IMG/VR virus record: IMGVR_UViG_2740892039_000008
Source: a virus
Lineage: Duplodnaviria > Heunggongvirae > Uroviricota > Caudoviricetes
DNA length: 18,167 nt
Strand: one strand, 5' to 3'
Both the position numbers and the translations under genes were made by a program. The notes beneath the pieces were generated by a model. The model was given only the letters and a program-made list of their open reading frames with translations. It had not been told where the DNA came from and ran no database searches. Positions 8,947 to 15,818 of this stretch are shown one piece after another; position 1 is the first letter of the stretch; every line of letters begins with the position of its first letter.

Positions 8947-9039
8947 TGTTGTTTCATCCACTGACCAGCCAGGTCAAATAGCGTCTCATGCACTGCCCAA
9001 CAGAAAATAGTTGCACCCATTAACCACGGAGTTAAACGG
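8947..9039 (+). promoter_or_regulatory. Candidate P2 late promoter PF with an Ogr-type box, upstream of FI
   Basis: TGTTGTTTCATCCACTGACCA at 8947-8967 (TGT-N12-CCA, one mismatch to TGT-N12-ACA), roughly 55 bp upstream of a plausible start site near 9010-9015. Shares the TGTTGT half-site with the box upstream of V. Confidence 0.35.
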
Positions 9040-10230
9040 ATGAGCGACTATCATCATGGCGTGCAGGTGCTGGAGATTAACGACGGCACCCGCGTCATTT
9101 CCACCGTATCCACCGCCATTGTCGGCATGGTCTGCACGGCCAGCGATGCGGATGCGGAAACCTTCCCCCTCAATAAACCGGTGCTGATTACCAATGTGCA
9201 GAGCGCGATTGCAAAGGCCGGTAAAAAAGGCACGCTGGCGGCATCGTTGCAGGCTATCGCCGACCAGTCAAAACCGGTCACCGTTGTCGTGCGTGTGGAA
9301 GACGGCACCGGCGACGACGAGGAAACGAAACTCGCGCAGACCGTTTCCAATATCATCGGCACCACCGACGAAAACGGTCAGTACACCGGACTGAAAGCCC
9401 TGCTGGCGGCGGAGTCGGTAACTGGTGTTAAACCGCGTATTCTCGGCGTGCCGGGACTGGACACCAAAGAGGTGGCTGTTGCACTGGCATCAGTCTGTCA
9501 GAAGCTGCGTGCTTTCGGGTATATCAGCGCATGGGGATGTAAGACCATTTCCGAGGTGAAAGCCTACCGCCAGAATTTCAGCCAGCGTGAGCTGATGGTC
9601 ATCTGGCCGGATTTCCTCGCATGGGATACGGTCACCAGTACCACCGCCACCGCGTATGCCACCGCCCGTGCGCTGGGTCTGCGCGCTAAAATCGACCAGG
9701 AGCAGGGCTGGCATAAAACGCTGTCCAACGTTGGGGTGAACGGTGTTACCGGCATCAGCGCCTCTGTATTCTGGGATTTGCAGGAGTCCGGCACCGATGC
9801 TGACCTGCTTAACGAGTCAGGCGTCACAACGCTGATTCGCCGCGACGGTTTCCGCTTCTGGGGTAACCGTACCTGCTCCGATGACCCGCTGTTCCTCTTT
9901 GAAAACTACACCCGCACCGCGCAGGTGCTGGCCGACACGATGGCTGAGGCGCACATGTGGGCGGTGGATAAGCCCATCACCGCAACGCTGATTCGCGACA
10001 TCGTTGACGGCATTAATGCCAAATTCCGTGAGCTGAAAACAAACGGCTATATCGTGGATGCGACCTGCTGGTTCAGCGAAGAATCCAACGATGCGGAAAC
10101 CCTCAAGGCCGGAAAACTGTATATCGACTACGACTATACCCCGGTGCCTCCTCTTGAAAACCTGACCCTGCGCCAGCGTATTACCGATAAATACCTGGCA
10201 AATCTGGTCACCTCGGTTAACAGCAATTAA
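9040..10230 (+). CDS. FI: Contractile tail sheath protein FI
   Basis: 396 aa, as in P2 gpFI. GGAG Shine-Dalgarno. Followed 12 nt later by FII. Confidence 0.9.
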   Translation: MSDYHHGVQVLEINDGTRVISTVSTAIVGMVCTASDADAETFPLNKPVLITNVQSAIAKAGKKGTLAASLQAIADQSKPVTVVVRVEDGTGDDEETKLAQTVSNIIGTTDENGQYTGLKALLAAESVTGVKPRILGVPGLDTKEVAVALASVCQKLRAFGYISAWGCKTISEVKAYRQNFSQRELMVIWPDFLAWDTVTSTTATAYATARALGLRAKIDQEQGWHKTLSNVGVNGVTGISASVFWDLQESGTDADLLNESGVTTLIRRDGFRFWGNRTCSDDPLFLFENYTRTAQVLADTMAEAHMWAVDKPITATLIRDIVDGINAKFRELKTNGYIVDATCWFSEESNDAETLKAGKLYIDYDYTPVPPLENLTLRQRITDKYLANLVTSVNSN

Positions 10231-10242
10231 GGAGCCTGACCG

Positions 10243-10761
10243 ATGGCAATGCCGCGCAAACTCAAGTTAATGAACGTCTTTCTGAACGGCTACAGCTATC
10301 AGGGCGTTGCAAAGTCCGTCACGCTGCCAAAACTGACCCGTAAGCTCGAAAACTATCGCGGTGCGGGGATGAACGGCAGCGCACCGGTAGACCTCGGCCT
10401 TGATGACGATGCGCTGTCAATGGAGTGGTCGCTCGGGGGCTTCCCGGATTCGGTTATCTGGGAGCTTTACGCCGCAACCGGTGTGGATGCCGTGCCGATT
10501 CGTTTTGCAGGCTCTTACCAGCGCGACGATACCGGCGAAACGGTGGCCGTCGAGGTGGTCATGCGTGGCCGTCAGAAAGAAATCGACACCGGCGAGGGGA
10601 AACAGGGAGAAGACACTGAGTCGAAAATCTCCGTGGTCTGCACCTATTTCCGGCTGACGATGGACGGTAAGGAGCTGGTCGAAATCGACACCATCAACAT
10701 GATTGAGAAGGTGAACGGCGTCGACCGACTGGAGCAACACCGCCGCAATATCGGCCTGTGA
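10243..10761 (+). CDS. FII: Tail tube protein FII
   Basis: 172 aa, as in P2 gpFII. AAGGAG Shine-Dalgarno 7 nt upstream. Confidence 0.9.
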   Translation: MAMPRKLKLMNVFLNGYSYQGVAKSVTLPKLTRKLENYRGAGMNGSAPVDLGLDDDALSMEWSLGGFPDSVIWELYAATGVDAVPIRFAGSYQRDDTGETVAVEVVMRGRQKEIDTGEGKQGEDTESKISVVCTYFRLTMDGKELVEIDTINMIEKVNGVDRLEQHRRNIGL

Positions 10762-10768
10762 TTTTCAT

Positions 10769-10790
10769 CCGGTCAGCCAGGCTGACCGGT
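10769..10790 (+). other. GC-rich hairpin between FII and E (CCGGTCAGC-CAGG-GCTGACCGG)
   Basis: 9-bp perfect stem read from the sequence. No U-tract. Possibly an attenuator or mRNA-stability element lowering E/T/U/D expression relative to sheath and tube. Confidence 0.3.
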
Positions 10791-10817
10791 TAACCCTGAT
10801 TCAGAAGTGAGAAAACC

Positions 10818-11093
10818 ATGAACAAAGAAAATGTCATTACCCTGGAAAATCCGGTCAAACGTGGTGAGCAGGTTATCGAAAAGGTCACGCTGATGAAACC
10901 CAATGCCGGGACGCTGCGCGGTGTCAGTCTGGCTGCGGTTGCAAACTCCGAAGTCGATGCACTGATTAAGGTGCTGCCGCGCATGACGGCACCGATGCTG
11001 ACCGAGCAGGAAGTCGCCGCGCTGGAACTGCCTGACCTTGTGGCGCTGGCCGGTAAGGTGGTCGGTTTTTTGTCGCCGAACTCGGTGCAGTGA
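10818..11093 (+). CDS. E: Tail assembly chaperone E
   Basis: 91 aa, as in P2 gpE. Contains the slippery heptamer T TTT TTG at 11066-11072 near its 3' end. Confidence 0.85.
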   Translation: MNKENVITLENPVKRGEQVIEKVTLMKPNAGTLRGVSLAAVANSEVDALIKVLPRMTAPMLTEQEVAALELPDLVALAGKVVGFLSPNSVQ

Positions 11094-11245
11094 CGTTTCC
11101 GAAAAATCTCTCGGTCGATGACCTGATGGCGGATGTGGCAGTGATATTTCACTGGCCGCCATCAGAACTGTATCCCATGAGCCTGACCGAACTCATCACA
11201 TGGCGCGAAAAGGCGCTCCGGCGAAGCGGAAACACGAATGAGTAA
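10818..11245 (+). CDS. E': Tail assembly chaperone E+E', made by programmed -1 ribosomal frameshift at 11066-11072
   Basis: Hand translation of the -1 frame from 11072 gives VAELGAVTFPKNLSVDDLMADVAVIFHWPPSELYPMSLTELITWREKALRRSGNTNE, stop TAA at 11243-11245. Total about 141-142 aa, matching P2 E+E'. Analogous to lambda G/GT. The 3' end overlaps the T start. Confidence 0.7.
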
Positions 11246-13685
11246 CAATGTAAAATTACAGGTATTGCTCAGGGCTGTTGACCAGGCATCCCGCCCGTTT
11301 AAATCCATCCGTACAGCGAGTAAGTCGCTGTCGGGGGATATCCGGGACACACAAAAATCACTGCGCGAGCTGAACGGTCACGCATCCCGTATTGAGGGAT
11401 TTCGCAAGACCAGTGCACAGCTCGCCGTGACTGGTCATGCACTTGAAAAGGCTCGGCAGGAAGCCGAAGCCCTTGCCACACAGTTTAAAAACACCGAACG
11501 TCCGACCCGTGCTCAGGCGAAAGTGCTGGAATCCGCAAAGCGTGCGGCGGAGGACTTACAGGCGAAATATAACCGCCTGACGGATTCCGTTAAACGCCAG
11601 CAGCGGGAACTGGCCGCTGTGGGAATTAATACCCGCAATCTTGCACATGATGAGCAGGGACTGAAAAACCGTATCAGTGAAACCACCGCACAGCTTAACC
11701 GTCAGCGCGACGCGCTGGCGCGTGTCAGTGCGCAACAGGCAAAACTTAACGCAGTAAAACAGCGTTATCAGTCCGGAAAGGAACTGGCCGGAAATATGGC
11801 CTCAGTGGGCGCTGCCGGTGTGGGGATTGCGGCGGCGGGAACGATGGCCGGTGTTAAGCTACTGATGCCCGGTTATGAGTTTGCGCAGAAAAACTCAGAA
11901 TTGCAGGCCGTGCTAGGTGTGGCAAAAGACTCCGCCGAAATGGCCGCACTCCGCAAGCAGGCGCGCCAGCTCGGTGACAATACTGCCGCCTCGGCGGATG
12001 ATGCAGCCGGTGCACAGATTATCATTGCGAAAGCCGGTGGGGATGTTGATGCCATTCAGGCGGCAACGCCGGTCACGCTGAATATGGCACTGGCGAACCG
12101 CCGCACGATGGAAGAAAACGCCGCCCTGCTGATGGGGATGAAATCCGCCTTTCAGCTTTCAAACGATAAGGTCGCTCATATCGGGGATGTTCTCTCCATG
12201 ACGATGAACAAAACCGCCGCCGATTTTGACGGCATGAGCGATGCGCTGACCTATGCCGCACCAGTGGCAAAAAATGCCGGTGTCAGCATTGAAGAAACCG
12301 CCGCAATGGTCGGGGCGCTGCATGATGCAAAAATCACAGGCTCAATGGCGGGGACGGGAAGCCGTGCCGTGTTAAGTCGCCTGCAGGCACCAACGGGAAA
12401 AGCATGGGATGCACTCAAAGAGCTTGGCGTGAAAACCTCAGACAGTAAAGGGAATACCCGACCAGTATTTACCATTCTGAAAGAAATGCAGGCCAGTTTT
12501 GAGAAAAACCGGCTCGGTACTGCCCAGCAGGCTGAATACATGAAAACCATTTTCGGGGAGGAGGCCAGCTCAGCCGCCGCCGTGCTGATGACTGCCGCCT
12601 CAACCGGAAAGCTGGACAAACTGACCGCTGCGTTTAAAGCCTCAGACGGGAAGACCGCAGAGCTGGTAAATATCATGCAGGACAATCTCGGCGGTGACTT
12701 TAAGGAGTTTCAGTCCGCTTATGAGGCGGTGGGGACTGACCTGTTTGACCAGCAGGAAGGCGCACTGCGTAAGCTCATGCAGACGGCCACAAAGTATGTG
12801 TTAAAACTCGACGGCTGGATACAGAAAAACAAATCACTGGCGTCAACCATTGGTCTCATTGCCGGTGGCGCACTGGCGCTTACTGGCATCATCGGTGCCA
12901 TTGGCCTCGTGGCCTGGCCGGTTATCACCGGCATCAATGCCATCATCGCGGCAGCAGGCGCAATGGGGGCAATCTTCACGACGGTTGGTAGTGCCGTTAT
13001 GACGGCCATCGGGGCGATTAGCTGGCCGGTTGTGGCCGTGGTGGCTGCCATTGTCGCCGGGGCGTTGCTTATCCGTAAATACTGGGAGCCTGTCAGCGCA
13101 TTCTTTGGCGGTGTGGTGGAAGGGCTGAAAGCGGCATTTGCTCCGGTGGGAGAACTGTTCACGCCACTTAAGCCGGTGTTTGACTGGCTGGGCGAAAAGT
13201 TACAGGCCGCGTGGCAGTGGTTTAAAAACCTGATTGCACCGGTCAAAGCCACCCAGGACACCCTGAACCGTTGCCGTGACACGGGCGTCATGTTCGGGCA
13301 GGCACTGGCTGACGCGCTGATGCTGCCGCTTAATGCGTTCAACAAATTACGCAGCGGCATTGACTGGGTACTGGAAAAGCTCGGGGTCATCAACAAAGAG
13401 TCAGACACACTTGACCAGACCGCCGCCAGAACTCATGCCGCCACGTATGGCACCGGTGGTTATATTCCGGCGACCAGCTCTTATGCAGGCTATCAGGCTT
13501 ATCAGCCGGTCACGGCACCGGCTGGCCGCTCTTATGTGGACCAGAGTAAAAACGAATATCACATCAGCCTGACGGGTGGTACTGCACCGGGGACACAGCT
13601 TGACCGCCAGTTACAGGATGCGCTCGAAAAATACGAGCGGGATAAACGTGCGCGCGCCCGTGCCAGCATGATGCATGACGGTTAA
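11238..13685 (+). CDS. T: Tail tape measure protein T
   Basis: 815 aa, as in P2 gpT. Coiled-coil-rich N-terminal half and a Gly/Ala-rich hydrophobic segment (..GLIAGGALALTGIIGAIGLVAWPV..) typical of tape measure proteins. Confidence 0.9.
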   Translation: MSNNVKLQVLLRAVDQASRPFKSIRTASKSLSGDIRDTQKSLRELNGHASRIEGFRKTSAQLAVTGHALEKARQEAEALATQFKNTERPTRAQAKVLESAKRAAEDLQAKYNRLTDSVKRQQRELAAVGINTRNLAHDEQGLKNRISETTAQLNRQRDALARVSAQQAKLNAVKQRYQSGKELAGNMASVGAAGVGIAAAGTMAGVKLLMPGYEFAQKNSELQAVLGVAKDSAEMAALRKQARQLGDNTAASADDAAGAQIIIAKAGGDVDAIQAATPVTLNMALANRRTMEENAALLMGMKSAFQLSNDKVAHIGDVLSMTMNKTAADFDGMSDALTYAAPVAKNAGVSIEETAAMVGALHDAKITGSMAGTGSRAVLSRLQAPTGKAWDALKELGVKTSDSKGNTRPVFTILKEMQASFEKNRLGTAQQAEYMKTIFGEEASSAAAVLMTAASTGKLDKLTAAFKASDGKTAELVNIMQDNLGGDFKEFQSAYEAVGTDLFDQQEGALRKLMQTATKYVLKLDGWIQKNKSLASTIGLIAGGALALTGIIGAIGLVAWPVITGINAIIAAAGAMGAIFTTVGSAVMTAIGAISWPVVAVVAAIVAGALLIRKYWEPVSAFFGGVVEGLKAAFAPVGELFTPLKPVFDWLGEKLQAAWQWFKNLIAPVKATQDTLNRCRDTGVMFGQALADALMLPLNAFNKLRSGIDWVLEKLGVINKESDTLDQTAARTHAATYGTGGYIPATSSYAGYQAYQPVTAPAGRSYVDQSKNEYHISLTGGTAPGTQLDRQLQDALEKYERDKRARARASMMHDG

Positions 13686-13699
13686 GGAGGTGACGAAAA

Positions 13700-14179
13700 A
13701 TGATGCTCGCGTTAGGTATGTTTGTTTTTATGCGCCAGACGCTGCCACACCAGACCATGCAGCGTGAATCAGATTATCGCTGGCCGTCAAATTCCCGTAT
13801 CGGTAAACGGGATGCCTACCAGTTTCTCGGCGTTGGTGAGGAAAACATGACGCTTGCCGGTGTGCTTTATCCCGAACTGACCGGCGGCAAGCTGACGATG
13901 ACCACGCTCAGACTGATGGCAGAGGAAGGCCGGGCGTGGCCGTTGCTGGATGGTACCGGCATGATTTACGGCATGTATGTCATCAGCAGGGTGAGTGAAA
14001 CAGGGAGTATTTTCTTTGCAGACGGCACACCCCGGAAAATTGATTTTACGCTGTCGCTCACCCGCGTTGATGAATCACTGGCCGCGCTTTATGGCGATAT
14101 CGGTAAACAGGCGGAGTCGCTCATCGGTAAGGCTGGCAGTATGGCGACCAGATTCACAGGTATGACGGGGGCGGGATAA
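13700..14179 (+). CDS. U: Tail protein U
   Basis: 159 aa, as in P2 gpU. AAGGAGG Shine-Dalgarno. Stop overlaps the D start (TAATG). Confidence 0.85.
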   Translation: MMLALGMFVFMRQTLPHQTMQRESDYRWPSNSRIGKRDAYQFLGVGEENMTLAGVLYPELTGGKLTMTTLRLMAEEGRAWPLLDGTGMIYGMYVISRVSETGSIFFADGTPRKIDFTLSLTRVDESLAALYGDIGKQAESLIGKAGSMATRFTGMTGAG

Positions 14180-15342
14180 TGCTGGATACGCTGACATTTG
14201 ATGCAGGCAGTACGCTGACGCCGGATTACATGCTGATGCTCGACAGCAGGGATATTACCGGCAATATCAGCGACCGTCTGATGAGTATGACCCTGACGGA
14301 TAACCGGGGCTTTGAGGCTGACCAGCTTGATATTGAACTGAACGATGCCGACGGGCAGGTCGGGCTGCCGGTTCGTGGCGCTGTCCTGACGGTGTATATC
14401 GGCTGGAAAGGTTTTGCCCTGGTATGCAAAGGGAAATTTACCGTTGATGAGGTTGAACACCGGGGCGCACCGGATGTGGTCACCATCCGCGCACGGAGTG
14501 CAGATTTTCGCGGGACGCTCAATTCCCGCCGTGAAGGCTCTTGGCATGACACCACGCTCGGTGCAATTGTTGAGGCGATAGCCACCCGTAACAGGCTGGA
14601 AGCCAGTGTCGCTCCGTCACTGGCCGGAATTAAAATTCCGCACATCGACCAGTCGCAGGAGTCTGATGCGAAATTCCTGACCCGTCTTGCAGAACGCAAC
14701 GGCGGTGAGGTCTCGGTAAAAATGGGAAAACTGTTGTTTCTCAAAGCGGGGCAGGGGGTGACGGCCAGCGGTAAAAAAATCCCGCAGGTCACCATAACCC
14801 GCAGCGACGGCGACCGCCACCATTTTGCGATTGCTGACCGTGGAGCCTATACCGGCGTAACGGCAAAGTGGCTTCACACCAAAGACCCGAAGCCGCAAAA
14901 GCAGAAGGTAAAACTGAAACGCAAAAAGAAAGAAAAACACCTGCGCGCACTGGAGCACCCGAAAGCGAAACCAGTCACGCAGAAGAAAGCGCCAAAAGCG
15001 CCGGAAGCGCGCGAAGGTGAATACATGGCCGGTGAGGCTGACAATGTTTTTGCCCTGACCACGGTATATGCCACGAAAGCGCAGGCCATGCGCGCCGCTC
15101 AGGCGAAGTGGGATAAACTGCAACGGGGCGTTGCGGAGTTCTCCATCAGCCTGGCTACCGGTCGGGCAGATATTTACACGGAAACACCGGTTAAGGTGTC
15201 AGGCTTTAAGCGCGTCATAGACGAGCAGGACTGGACAATCACTAAGGTGACACATTTTCTGAATAATAGCGGCTTCACGACGTCCTTAGAGCTTGAGGTC
15301 AGGCTTTCTGATGTGGAGTACGAAACAGAAGATGATGAGTGA
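14179..15342 (+). CDS. D: Tail protein D (late gene control D)
   Basis: 387 aa, as in P2 gpD. Includes a Lys/Pro-rich low-complexity linker. Confidence 0.85.
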   Translation: MLDTLTFDAGSTLTPDYMLMLDSRDITGNISDRLMSMTLTDNRGFEADQLDIELNDADGQVGLPVRGAVLTVYIGWKGFALVCKGKFTVDEVEHRGAPDVVTIRARSADFRGTLNSRREGSWHDTTLGAIVEAIATRNRLEASVAPSLAGIKIPHIDQSQESDAKFLTRLAERNGGEVSVKMGKLLFLKAGQGVTASGKKIPQVTITRSDGDRHHFAIADRGAYTGVTAKWLHTKDPKPQKQKVKLKRKKKEKHLRALEHPKAKPVTQKKAPKAPEAREGEYMAGEADNVFALTTVYATKAQAMRAAQAKWDKLQRGVAEFSISLATGRADIYTETPVKVSGFKRVIDEQDWTITKVTHFLNNSGFTTSLELEVRLSDVEYETEDDE

Positions 15343-15423
15343 CGTTTTTATTTTATCTATTTGTTTTATAAGGATAAATTAACTAATATGGCACCATCAA
15401 CAAAACCGGAAGAGGTGCTCGCG

Positions 15424-15642
15424 ATGTTTCATTGTCCTTTATGCCAGCATGCCGCACATGCGCGTACAAGCCGCTATATCACTGACACGACAAAAGAGCG
15501 TTATCATCAGTGCCAGAACGTGAATTGTAGTGCCACGTTCATCACTTATGAGTCGGTACAGCGATACATCGTGAAGCCGGGAGAAGTCCACGCCGTAAGG
15601 CCGCACCCGTTGCCGTCAGGGCAGCAAATTATGTGGATGTAA
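15424..15642 (+). CDS. ogr: Ogr, Cys4 zinc-finger late-gene transcriptional activator
   Basis: 72-aa product MFHCPLCQHAAHARTSRYITDTTKERYHQCQNVNCSATF.. with a CxxC-N22-CxxxxC zinc finger. GGAAGAGG Shine-Dalgarno before ATG 15424. The ORF-track start at 15361 is a TTG extension. Confidence 0.85.
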   Translation: MFHCPLCQHAAHARTSRYITDTTKERYHQCQNVNCSATFITYESVQRYIVKPGEVHAVRPHPLPSGQQIMWM

Positions 15643-15654
15643 TTACAAACAGGA

Positions 15655-15680
15655 AGCCCCTCAGTCGAGGGGCTTTTTTG
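15655..15680 (+). terminator. Rho-independent terminator after ogr
   Basis: AGCCCCTC-AGTC-GAGGGGCT followed by TTTTTTG. Confidence 0.65.
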
Positions 15681-15743
15681 TCGATGTGGTCAATGTGTGG
15701 ACGTGACCAGAAATAAATCCTTTTATTTCATTGTATTACGCGT

Positions 15744-15770
15744 AAAAAATAAGCCCGTGTAAGGGACTAT
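15744..15770. other. attR core of the P2-like prophage (phage/host junction)
   Basis: AAAAAATAAGCCCGTGTAAGGGACTAT. The first 23 nt match the P2 att core as I recall it (AAAAAATAAGCCCGTGTAAGGGAGATT); the last 4 nt differ, as expected for the bacterial side of a secondary site. Lies immediately after ogr, where attR is expected. Confidence 0.5.
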
Positions 15771-15818
15771 TTTGCAGCGGCACAGCGTTCAGACAGTTAT
15801 TTTTTTAAATGTATTAAC

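Larger units (their letters stand above)
1..15770. mobile_element. P2-like prophage, right/late-gene arm from gene R to the attR core; the int/early side lies outside the window
   Basis: Co-oriented, tightly packed or overlapping genes in P2 order (R-S-V-W-J-I-H-G-FI-FII-E/E'-T-U-D-ogr) with P2-like protein lengths (recalled: S 150, V 211, W 115, J 302, I 176, FI 396, FII 172, E 91, T 815, U 159, D 387, Ogr 72). Ends in ogr, a terminator and a P2-type att core. Confidence 0.85.

Noticed and set aside
11873-13408. Minus-strand ORFs inside the tape-measure gene, including a 229-aa ORF at 12719-13408
   Set aside because: Antisense to T. The Ala/Gly-rich T sequence is GC-rich and codon-biased, which leaves the opposite strand open by chance.
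14880-15010. Lys/Pro-rich low-complexity stretch in D (KPQKQKVKLKRKKKEKHLRALEHPKAKPVTQKKAPKAPEA), considered as a possible insertion
   Set aside because: The overall D length equals that of P2 gpD, so this is most likely the native flexible linker rather than an insert. It cannot be verified without an alignment.
14226-15123. Minus-strand ORFs of 189, 168 and 71 aa inside D
   Set aside because: Antisense to D, which matches the P2 gpD length exactly and overlaps U by translational coupling.
15361-15423. N-terminal extension of the ogr ORF in the track (93 aa from a TTG start)
   Set aside because: The internal ATG at 15424 has a good Shine-Dalgarno and gives the canonical 72-aa Ogr beginning MFHCPLCQ. 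The upstream part is AT-rich promoter-like DNA.
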